A stretch of 17,105 bases of DNA from an uncultured archaeon (GTDB taxonomy: Archaea > Hadarchaeota > Hadarchaeia > Hadarchaeales > WYZ-LMO6): NCBI GenBank assembly GCA_938074535.1, contig CALJER010000014.1, positions 1-17,105 of the forward strand, written 5' to 3'. Position 1 is the first letter of the stretch, and the number at the start of each line of letters is the position of its first letter. A program made the position numbers and the translations under genes. The notes under the pieces were generated by a model. It ran no database searches. It was given only the letters and a program-made list of their open reading frames with translations, and was not told the origin of the DNA. Of this stretch, positions 1 to 7,211 are shown piece by piece.

Positions 1-125
1 GCTTCTTCCCTCCCGGATCGTTTAACCCGGATGTGCCCCCACAATGGATGGTACCGGGAAGCCCGGTCAAACCGGAAAACCAGACATGGCGGGCCCGGTG
101 GGATTCGAACCCACGACCGTCCGGT

Positions 126-137
126 TTCCCTGCACGT
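126..137 (-). other. tRNA intron 3, canonical position 37/38, 12 nt, relaxed bulge-helix-loop
   Basis: CTCT-TA^A-CGTGC-AGGG-AA^A-CCGGA: central helix CTCT/AGGG with one G-U pair and no inner helix. Confidence 0.85.
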
Positions 138-144
138 TAAGAGC

Positions 145-168
145 TTCATCCGGTCCTTCCCGGACCGA
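145..168 (-). other. tRNA intron 2, position 30/31, 24 nt, strict bulge-helix-bulge
   Basis: GAG-CATC-CG^T-CGGTCC(GGGAA)GGACCG-GATG-AA^G-CTC. Excision restores the anticodon stem TCCGG/CCGGA. Confidence 0.88.
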
Positions 169-190
169 CGGATGCTCCACCAGACTGAGC

Positions 191-211
191 TTCCCGGTAG
201 CCTGCGCTACT
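191..211 (-). other. tRNA intron 1, position 9/10, 21 nt, strict bulge-helix-bulge
   Basis: GGG-CCCG-TA^A-GTAGC(GCAG)GCTAC-CGGG-AA^G-CTC: 4-bp central helix CCCG/CGGG, two 3-nt bulges, flanking helices on both sides. Confidence 0.88.
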
Positions 212-247
212 TACGGGCCCGGGCCCGATAAAGCTCCTCCTCCCTCT

Positions 248-260
248 CTTAAAAGCTTTC
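248..260 (-). promoter_or_regulatory. BRE/TATA promoter of the tRNA gene
   Basis: Minus strand reads GAAAGC-TTTTAAG about 28-40 nt upstream of the mature tRNA 5' end, in an otherwise GC-rich context. Confidence 0.65.
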
Positions 261-283
261 AGGGCCAGCGAGCTCAGGCGAGT

Positions 284-805
284 TCAGGGGAAGACCTCTT
301 CAAGCCTCCGCGAGCACTCCCGGCAGAAGTTCCTCCCCTTGGCATCCACTTCCAGGACGGAGTTGGAGAAGCTCATCACGCAGCTCCTCCTCGTGCAGTG
401 ACCCAGGCCCAGGGTATGCCCCAGCTCGTGAACGGCCTCCTTGACCAGCCGCTCCCTGAGGAGAGCCCCTCCCCCCTCCATACCGTAAAACTTGGGATCG
501 AGTCTGTACATGGACACCAGCGCTCCCCTCCCCGGACACTCGGCCAGGCCGAAGACGAAGTTCAGGCCCGGGGTGAAGAGATCCACATCCGTCAGCGCCA
601 GGATCCTTCTTTCGCGCTGCCTGAGCACCTCCCTGAGGAAGGAGGAGGCTTCGTACTGGTCCCTGCCTCTCCTGTAGGCGGCCTGGGGTACCTCCAGGGG
701 AGGGGAGATGACTGGCTTGAGCTTTCCACCGAAAGGCTCGGGGAGGAGGGCACCCAGCCTGGGGAGGATCCAGGAAGGCAGCCTTCCTACCGGGACCATC
801 CTCAC
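284..805 (-). CDS. amzA: Archaemetzincin, Zn-dependent metalloprotease (peptidase M54)
   Basis: HELGHTLGLGHC zinc motif, CVMSFSNS Met-turn, FCREC, LNFVFGLA and RDQY motifs. Start is GTG 805 or ATG 799. Confidence 0.93.
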   Translation of the reverse strand: MRMVPVGRLPSWILPRLGALLPEPFGGKLKPVISPPLEVPQAAYRRGRDQYEASSFLREVLRQRERRILALTDVDLFTPGLNFVFGLAECPGRGALVSMYRLDPKFYGMEGGGALLRERLVKEAVHELGHTLGLGHCTRRSCVMSFSNSVLEVDAKGRNFCRECSRRLEEVFP

Positions 806-831
806 CTCTAGGGCCGACAGGTGCTATCCCT

Positions 832-872
832 CTAAAATCCTCGGCCTCCACCTTTTTAACGAAGCTTTTCCC
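832..872. promoter_or_regulatory. Possible divergent promoter region between amzA and the hypothetical gene
   Basis: AT-rich boxes (TAAAAT at about 833-838, TTTTTAA at 853-859) lie in the short gap between two divergent starts. Confidence 0.35.
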
Positions 873-881
873 CTTTTCAGC

Positions 882-1454
882 GTGGGACTGGAGGTCCTTC
901 TTTTGCTGAAGGGAAGGCGGGAGCCGGAGGAGCTGGGGTTACCCGACACCATGGTTTGTAATGTGAGGGGGGAAGACACCCTCCTCGCGCCCTTTCCCTC
1001 CCGAGGCCCCAGGTACTACCCCTGTCAGGAGCCACCGCTGGAGTACGCGGTTCCAGGGAAGGTACCGGAGCTGGACTTCGAAGTCCTGCTGAGCGACTGG
1101 GAGAGCGGTTGTCTGGAGGAGGGGAGGGCAGCAATCCTTTGCGGGTGGGAGGGGGAAAGGCTCAGGCCCGAGTACGTCAGAAGGAAGCCCCTTCCCTGCC
1201 AGGAGAACGGGCTCTTCCATACCGGGGGGCACGTGAGGGTCACGGCCTTTTCCTCCGGAAGAATCCTGCTGGAGGGCTTCCGCCCTTCCCTCCTGGAAGG
1301 GAGGAGGAAAATCATGGTGAGGAGGGAGGTTCTCTGGGAGGGAACGCCGGCGCTGCCCGGGGGCCTCCAGAAGTTTGGGGAGGCCGCAAAGGCTGCCTTG
1401 GAGAAAGCCAGGTGCCCCGGATGCAGGGAACTGCACTACGCCTCAATAGGGTAA
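882..1454 (+). CDS. Hypothetical protein (about 190 aa) with C-terminal CxxCxxxHY motif
   Basis: Part of ORF 708-1454. It fills the gap between genes and uses host-like codons. GTG 882 lies about 25 nt after TTTTTAA (alternative start ATG 951). The protein ends AAKAALEKARCPGCRELHY. Confidence 0.7.
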   Translation: MGLEVLLLLKGRREPEELGLPDTMVCNVRGEDTLLAPFPSRGPRYYPCQEPPLEYAVPGKVPELDFEVLLSDWESGCLEEGRAAILCGWEGERLRPEYVRRKPLPCQENGLFHTGGHVRVTAFSSGRILLEGFRPSLLEGRRKIMVRREVLWEGTPALPGGLQKFGEAAKAALEKARCPGCRELHYASIG

Positions 1455-1479
1455 AATACTCCACCCTCGAAGTTTCAGG

Positions 1480-2124
1480 ATGTCCGGGGTGAAGGAGGCC
1501 CTGGAGGCCCTGCTCGACTTCAAGGGAAAGAAGGTGAAGGACTTCTGCCTCAGAAGACTGGAAAGGGGGGAAAGGGCCTACGACATCCTGCAGGAGCTGA
1601 ACCGGGGACTGGAGGAGATAGGAAGGGGGTACGAGAACAAGGAGTTCAGGAGGTACTTCGACTCCGATCTCATCGTGTCCGGGGCCAACATGAAGAGGGC
1701 GGTGGAGCTCCTCAGGCCCCACCTTTCCGGGGGGGAAAGGAGGGAGAAGAGGGGGAAGATCCTCCTGGGAACGGTGAAGGGGGATGTGCACGACATAGGA
1801 AAGACCGTGTTCTCCATCCTCCTCCAATCCAGCGGCTTCGAGGTGGTGGACCTGGGAGTGAATGTGGACAAGGAAGCCTTCGTGAGGGGGGTGAGGGAAC
1901 ACGAACCACAGCTGGTGGGCATGTCCGCCCTTCTCACCTCCACCGCTCCCTACATGGAGGAGGTGATGGACGAGCTGGTGAAGGAGGGAATGAGGGAAAA
2001 GGTGAGGGTGATCGTGGGCGGGAGGGCGGTCACGGAGGAGTTCGCCAGGAAGATAGGTGCCGACGCCTACGCGAGGGACGCCGTGGAAGGAGTGAAGAAG
2101 TGCCTGGAGCTGGTGGGGGGATGA
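1480..2124 (+). CDS. Methyltransferase-system corrinoid (B12-binding) protein, MtbC/MttC/MtaC-like
   Basis: GTVKGDVHDIGK (DxHxxG), GFEVVDLGVNV, VGMSALLT, VIVGGRAVT and IGADAYARDA motifs, with an N-terminal helical cap domain. Confidence 0.95.
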   Translation: MSGVKEALEALLDFKGKKVKDFCLRRLERGERAYDILQELNRGLEEIGRGYENKEFRRYFDSDLIVSGANMKRAVELLRPHLSGGERREKRGKILLGTVKGDVHDIGKTVFSILLQSSGFEVVDLGVNVDKEAFVRGVREHEPQLVGMSALLTSTAPYMEEVMDELVKEGMREKVRVIVGGRAVTEEFARKIGADAYARDAVEGVKKCLELVGG

Positions 2125-2127
2125 GGG

Positions 2128-3000
2128 GTGAAGATTTTCATGCTCTACCGGGGCCCCTTCGGGGAGCAGATGGTCAACAACATGGTGCTGAGGGGACTGG
2201 GGCCCCACACCGCGGGAACCTTCGAGCTGAAGCCCGAAATCCTGGAGGAGGAGCATCCCGGGGAGAAGGACCTCTGGAGCAGACTGTGGGAGGAGCCCTC
2301 CAGGTACCTCCCCAAGCGCCTCCCCCCCGTCAAATGTGACCTGCTGCTGGTCCTGGGCCTCCACTCCAAGCTGGGGGACCTCATCCCTCCCCTCGCGGAG
2401 AGGATGGGCGCCAGGAGCGTCCTCTATCCCATCGATGACCGCCAGCACCTTCCTGAGGGAAAAAAGACCATCCAGGAGGAACTGGAGAGGAAAGGGGTGC
2501 ACGTGGAGTTCCCCGAACCCTTCTGCGCTCTGGAAGGGAGCGAGGACCCCCTCATCAGGGAGTTCTCCCTGCACTTCGGAAGGCCGAGGTTCAGGGTGAA
2601 GAGGGAAGGGGGAAGGATAAGGGCGGTGGAGGTGCTGAGGGACACGCCCTGCGGTTCCGCCCACGCGGTGGCGGAGAAGATGGTGGGGGTTTCATGCGAG
2701 GATCCCAAGGCCCTCAAGGAAAAGCTCTTCTTCGAGCACCACAACGAGGAGAACGAAAACTACTGCCTGGCGGAGATGGATCCCCTCGCACCCTACATGC
2801 AGGAAGCCGGCGACCTCCTCGTGGATGCCTTCTTCGAGGCCTGCGGCTTCCCCACCACCAGGGACCTCATCCTGCAGGAGGCCAAGCAGGGGAGGGTGGA
2901 CTTTGAGCGGCTGAAGAGGAAGCTGGTGGAGGAAGAGAAGAGGTGCGAAACGGAAAGGACCATACGCAGAAGCCTCAGGGAGCTGGGGCTGGAGGCCTAA
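2128..3000 (+). CDS. DUF166-like protein with C-terminal HTH-like extension
   Basis: EFPEPFCAL, FGRPRF, VLRDTPCGSAHAVA and YCLAEMD match my recollection of the archaeal DUF166 family. It starts 3 nt after the corrinoid gene stop. Confidence 0.75.
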   Translation: MKIFMLYRGPFGEQMVNNMVLRGLGPHTAGTFELKPEILEEEHPGEKDLWSRLWEEPSRYLPKRLPPVKCDLLLVLGLHSKLGDLIPPLAERMGARSVLYPIDDRQHLPEGKKTIQEELERKGVHVEFPEPFCALEGSEDPLIREFSLHFGRPRFRVKREGGRIRAVEVLRDTPCGSAHAVAEKMVGVSCEDPKALKEKLFFEHHNEENENYCLAEMDPLAPYMQEAGDLLVDAFFEACGFPTTRDLILQEAKQGRVDFERLKRKLVEEEKRCETERTIRRSLRELGLEA

Positions 3001-4592
3001 TCACCAGGAAGGAAGTGCAGCTCGCCCACCAACCTGTACATGAGGTCGCTCTCGCTCTCCAGGTTCAGGTACTCCACCCTCCTCGCCAGCTCCTCCCCTT
3101 CCTCCCTCCTCCTTCTCGAGACCAGGGCCTGCCTGGCCCCCTCCAGGGCCGCGTTCCCCACCTTCTCCACCCTTTCCGGGGGGACGCGTGGGAGGAGGCC
3201 TATCCTGAAGGCCTTCTCCACCCTTATGTAGGTCCCGAAGGCCCCGGCAAGGTAGACCCTCTCCACCTCCTCCTCCTCTATCCCGTACCTCTCCAGCAGC
3301 ACCTTCACCCCAGCCCTTATGGCGGCTTTGGCCAGCTTCAGCTTATCCACATCTTCCTCGTCGATTTTGATCTCCCTCTCCCCCTTGGCTATCGTCACTT
3401 CCTTCCTTCCCCCCGTGAACTTCCCCGTCTCGTCCATGAACCCCCTCTCCAGCATCTCGGCCAGCACATCTATCAGGGCGGAACCGCAGAGGCCCACGGG
3501 GGGCATATCGTCTATGGTCTCGAAGCTCACCCTCCCGCTCCCGTCCATCTCCACCCTGCTCACGGCGCCCGAAACCGCGCCCACCCCGCACTTTATCCCG
3601 CTGCCCTCGAAAGCCGGACCCGAGGCACAGGAGGTGGCGATCATCCTCTCCTCGTTTCCCAGCACGATTTCGGTGTTCGTGCCTATGTCCATCAGCATGC
3701 ACATCTCTTTCTTCCTGTGGAGATCCGTGGCCAGAAGGCCGGCCACGGTGTCCGCCCCCACGAAACCACCTATGAGGGGCAGGGCGTACACGTTTCCTTC
3801 AGGGTTCATGTTGAGCCCCAGTTCCGCTCCTCTTCGGTTCTGGGCCTCCAGGCTGAAGGGTCTGAAGGGAAAGACCCCCAGGGAGCCCACGGGCTGACCC
3901 AGGAAGAGGTCCCTCATGGTGGAGTTTCCCACCACCACCATCTCGTAAACATGCTCCGGTCTCACCCCCAGTTTCCTCACCATCTCGTTGGCGGCCCCCC
4001 TCACCATCCTCTCCAGCTCCCCCTGACCCGCGCTCCTGGCGTGGGTGATCCTGCTTATCACATCTCCTCCGTAGACCTCCTGGGGGTTTTTCATGGAGGA
4101 AACGCCCAGGATCCTCCCCGTCTCGAGGTCCACCCCATAAGCCACCAACGTGGTGGTGCCCACATCCAGGGCCAATCCCAGCAGCTCGCCCTCGTACTCC
4201 CCCATCACCCTCCCCTCACCCCTCCACTCCCACACCACCCTTTCCCCCTCCCTCCTCACCAGCGGCTCTAGCCTCACGGGCACTACCCTTCCCCTCTCCA
4301 GGATTCTGTACCTCCTCCGCGGTACCTCCGCCACCAGCCAGCCGTCCTCCCTCTCCACCCTCGCCTGGCAGGCCAGCCTCTCCCCCGCTCCAGCGAACTT
4401 GAGCTCCGCCTCCGTGGGCGGATTCAGTCCCTCCCCCTCCACCCTCAGGAGGCACTGACCGCACAGGCCCAGTCCCCCGCAAAGGGAGGGAAGGTCTATC
4501 CCCATCTCCCGGCAGTAGGAAAGGAGGTCCCTACCCTTCACCAGCCTGGCCCTCTTTCCGTAGTTCCTGAAGAAGAGTTCCCCCCTCTCCAC
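2997..4592 (-). CDS. Reductive activator of corrinoid proteins (RACo-type ASKHA ATPase with N-terminal [2Fe-2S] domain, DUF4445)
   Basis: CGGLGLCGQC...RLACQ ferredoxin motif; DVGTTT, NPQ..YGGDVISRI, GGFVGAD, DIGTNTEI, GPAFEG, GLCGS, LAGAFG and VGNAAL motifs. Confidence 0.93.
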   Translation of the reverse strand: MERGELFFRNYGKRARLVKGRDLLSYCREMGIDLPSLCGGLGLCGQCLLRVEGEGLNPPTEAELKFAGAGERLACQARVEREDGWLVAEVPRRRYRILERGRVVPVRLEPLVRREGERVVWEWRGEGRVMGEYEGELLGLALDVGTTTLVAYGVDLETGRILGVSSMKNPQEVYGGDVISRITHARSAGQGELERMVRGAANEMVRKLGVRPEHVYEMVVVGNSTMRDLFLGQPVGSLGVFPFRPFSLEAQNRRGAELGLNMNPEGNVYALPLIGGFVGADTVAGLLATDLHRKKEMCMLMDIGTNTEIVLGNEERMIATSCASGPAFEGSGIKCGVGAVSGAVSRVEMDGSGRVSFETIDDMPPVGLCGSALIDVLAEMLERGFMDETGKFTGGRKEVTIAKGEREIKIDEEDVDKLKLAKAAIRAGVKVLLERYGIEEEEVERVYLAGAFGTYIRVEKAFRIGLLPRVPPERVEKVGNAALEGARQALVSRRRREEGEELARRVEYLNLESESDLMYRLVGELHFLPGD

Positions 4593-4649
4593 TACCTTCC
4601 CCCCAGCCCCTTTTCCCTCTTCCCTAATAACCGCTCAGGAAAGGGGGGC

Positions 4650-6044
4650 TCACTTCCAGTTCTCGGCCAGGAACTTGGGAATGCCGGAGGAATCCCTCGG
4701 TCCCACCATCACTTCCCATTCGAACCCGAGCAGCTCCTCCAGCTCCCCCTTGTACCTGGCGGCCATTCCGGGGATGATGATCTTCCTGTGCTTCACCTTA
4801 TCCTTCACGCTGGAGGCCTTGACGGCATCCGCTATGGTCTGTGCCGTCATCTTCCTCCCCGCTATCGAGGATTCCACGCTGAGGCCTCCCGTGTCCACCA
4901 CGACCAGGTAGGAGGGCACCTTGGAGCTCTCTATGTCGCTGACCACCGTGAAGTAGGTGAGGGCGAAGTTGGAGGTGATCATCACAGGAGAGTTCTCGTT
5001 TACGCTCCCTATGGCCCTCATCCCCGCATCCACGCTTACCGGCTTCCTGGGATCGGTGTAGATGTTCTCCCTCAGGATGAGGAGGGGGAGCCAGCTCCAG
5101 ACCTCCTCGGATCTGAGGATGAGGAGATCCGCATATCTGACCATCAGGATGGTGGCCAAGGCCGTCTCCTCCCACGCGAGCTCCTCAGGCTTCCTTCCGC
5201 CATCCTCCCACACCCTCGCCACGGAAGCCACCAGCGGGAAGCCCACCTCTTGGTCCTCACCCCTGATGGCGGTGTTCCTGAGGACGGTGAAGCAGTTCAC
5301 CGTTTCCTTCAGCTCCTCACCGAATCCCGCCCCGGGATCGAGAAGGAGGTCCTGAACCCCCCAGCTCCACAGGGTCTTGGCCATGGACTTCAGGGTCTTG
5401 AGGTCGAAGGGAGAGTAGAGGGCGAGGGGGCACTGGTACTTGAGGGCCAGCTCACCCATTTCCTTCCAGTTATCCCTGGTGGCGGCGTAAAGGAGGGGCC
5501 TTCTATCCCTCACCTGAGAGACTGCCTTTTCCATCACCCCCGGATCGGTGCACCAGAGCACCAGGGGAAGCTTGCTGAGGGAGGCCTTTTTCACGGCGGC
5601 CTCGAACCTGGAGGGATCACCGGAGACGTACCTGGGGGCGAGCATGTCCAGCTTCAGGGTTTTCCCTATGTAAGAGTACCCGTACTCCTCCACCCTCTTG
5701 ATCTTCTTCAGGAGGTCCATCTCAGGCAGGGTATCCTCCAGGGTGAGGGCGAGGGGGGGAGGGTTGAAGTAGCGGTACTCGTGCCTCCTCACCACCAGCT
5801 GTCCGCCCACCCTGATTTCCCCTATCCTCACCTCCCTCACGGGGGGCTTCAGCATCTCCCTGAGCTTCTCCAGGTTGGCCTCCTGTCCCTTCTCGAAGAG
5901 GGGCGGGCACTCCTCAACCGAGATGGTCCTCTCCGCCAGCCTGGCGGCAAAGGCCATGCAGACTCCTGGCTCGCACTTGCCGCAGTTGGTCTTGGGGAGG
6001 AGGGCGTAGAGGTCGAGGGGGCCTATCTTCCTCTTGGCCGCCAC
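4650..6044 (-). CDS. cdhE: Acetyl-CoA decarbonylase/synthase gamma subunit (corrinoid Fe-S protein, large)
   Basis: LPKTNCGKCxxxxCMAFA..CP [4Fe-4S] motif, NIYTDPRKP, NFALTYFTV and VGPRDSSGIP motifs. Confidence 0.97.
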   Translation of the reverse strand: MAAKRKIGPLDLYALLPKTNCGKCEPGVCMAFAARLAERTISVEECPPLFEKGQEANLEKLREMLKPPVREVRIGEIRVGGQLVVRRHEYRYFNPPPLALTLEDTLPEMDLLKKIKRVEEYGYSYIGKTLKLDMLAPRYVSGDPSRFEAAVKKASLSKLPLVLWCTDPGVMEKAVSQVRDRRPLLYAATRDNWKEMGELALKYQCPLALYSPFDLKTLKSMAKTLWSWGVQDLLLDPGAGFGEELKETVNCFTVLRNTAIRGEDQEVGFPLVASVARVWEDGGRKPEELAWEETALATILMVRYADLLILRSEEVWSWLPLLILRENIYTDPRKPVSVDAGMRAIGSVNENSPVMITSNFALTYFTVVSDIESSKVPSYLVVVDTGGLSVESSIAGRKMTAQTIADAVKASSVKDKVKHRKIIIPGMAARYKGELEELLGFEWEVMVGPRDSSGIPKFLAENWK

Positions 6045-7211
6045 TCACTTCACCCCTATCCAGGGCATAAAGGTGGGCTCGCCGCCCTCCCCCATGAGCC
6101 ACTTTATCACGTCCTTCATCGTCCTGATGGCGGCGGGATGCAGGGTGATGTAGAGGTCGTTTCCCGCCATCAGCATGGTGAGGGCCATGGCAGCCTCCCA
6201 CATCGGTCCCCTGTACTCCCTGGCCCCCATCTCAGGGTTGTGCAGCCAGGCCTCCCTGGCCCCCCAGGCGTTGGCCGTGGCCGAACCCATGGGGCACTGG
6301 AGTTCCCCGTCCCCCATCAGTCCCGCCAGCCTGATTCTCTCCATGATGGAGAAGGCATACTCTATCCCATAGCCCAGGGGGGCCGAGGTCGGATCGATCA
6401 CGATTTGCTCCTTGGGGATGTACTCATAGAGCCTGCGGTTGAGCTCCTTGGCCTGCGCTAGGTCTATGGAGGTCCAGGCCAGAACCACGTGACCGTACTG
6501 CTTGGCCGCCCTGGCCACGGGCTCCCACATGTCCAGGTTGGCGGAACTGAGGAGGACCCTCTCGCCCTCGCAGACCTCCGCTATCTTCGGCAGAAGCTTC
6601 GCATCCTTCTCCGGGTTCCCCGAGCCTCCCACGATCAGGGGAACCTCCACCGCCTGCAGGAGGTTCTCCACCAGCTTGCAGGATTCTTCGATGGGGGTAT
6701 CCTTGGAGTAAGGATCGCTGCTGACGAGCTCTATATCTATCAAATCCGCTCCAAACTTCTCCACCGCCAGCTTTGCCCACTTGAGGGGATCCTCCACGGC
6801 ATCCCCCAGCACCGCCCTCACGGGCCCGGGAAGGCGGAGGGGCACGTCAAAAACATCACAGGCGATGGCGGGAGGATTCGGGAACTTCCCTTCCAGGAAG
6901 TGCCAGGGGGGAGCGGTCTCTCCCCCTATCTTCACCACCCTCCTCCTCGTCCCCCCGTCGGCGCTGGTGGCCCCCAGCGTGACTTCGGCTATGGAGCCTG
7001 GATACTCCTGCACGAAGGGGGAGAACTCGGCCTCCAGTAGGGAGGCGGGCTTGGCCGGGGCCAAGGGCTTGGGCGCCTGGGGCGGGAGGAAGGAAAGGAG
7101 GGGTCTGAAGAGGAGCCTCAGCTCCTCCAGGTTCAGATCCACATTTTCCAGCTCCAGCTCCCCGAACTCACCCAGGAGTTCCAGGATCTCCTCCAGCGGA
7201 GACTTTGTCAC
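6045..7211 (-). CDS. cdhD: ACDS delta subunit (corrinoid Fe-S protein, small)
   Basis: EVTLGATSADGGTR, VGGSGNPEKD, DPTSAPLGYGIEY, ERIRLAGLMGD and NAWGAREAW motifs. GTG start overlaps the cdhC stop. Confidence 0.97.
   Translation of the reverse strand: MTKSPLEEILELLGEFGELELENVDLNLEELRLLFRPLLSFLPPQAPKPLAPAKPASLLEAEFSPFVQEYPGSIAEVTLGATSADGGTRRRVVKIGGETAPPWHFLEGKFPNPPAIACDVFDVPLRLPGPVRAVLGDAVEDPLKWAKLAVEKFGADLIDIELVSSDPYSKDTPIEESCKLVENLLQAVEVPLIVGGSGNPEKDAKLLPKIAEVCEGERVLLSSANLDMWEPVARAAKQYGHVVLAWTSIDLAQAKELNRRLYEYIPKEQIVIDPTSAPLGYGIEYAFSIMERIRLAGLMGDGELQCPMGSATANAWGAREAWLHNPEMGAREYRGPMWEAAMALTMLMAGNDLYITLHPAAIRTMKDVIKWLMGEGGEPTFMPWIGVK

Larger units (their letters stand above)
87..220 (-). tRNA. 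tRNA-Lys(CUU) with three introns and encoded CCA
   Basis: Removing 211-191 (21 nt), 168-145 (24 nt) and 137-126 (12 nt) from the minus strand gives a 77-nt cloverleaf: GGGCCCG TA GCTC AGTCTGGTG GAGC A TCCGG CT CTT AA CCGGA CGGTC GTGGG TTCGAAT CCCAC CGGGCCC G CCA. All four stems pair. Anticodon CTT is at 141-139. Confidence 0.93.

Noticed and set aside
1-86. Possible integrated element or att site at the tRNA 3' end
   Set aside because: No integrase and no duplicate of the tRNA 3' end occur in the window. Only 86 nt of flank are visible, so this cannot be supported.
87-220. Possible pyrrolysine/suppressor tRNA or split tRNA, given the nearby corrinoid gene
   Set aside because: The spliced anticodon is CTT in a normal tRNA-Lys body and all exons are contiguous and in order. 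I saw no in-frame TAG read-through candidate in the window.
31-811. ORFs 31-231 and 44-811 on the plus strand
   Set aside because: They run antisense through the tRNA gene and amzA. MAGPVGFEPTT is the typical translation of a tRNA reverse complement.
2128-3000. Calling the DUF166-like protein a thymidylate synthase, a label some family members carry
   Set aside because: I see no ThyA or ThyX (RHRxxSxxxxSxR) signature in the sequence.
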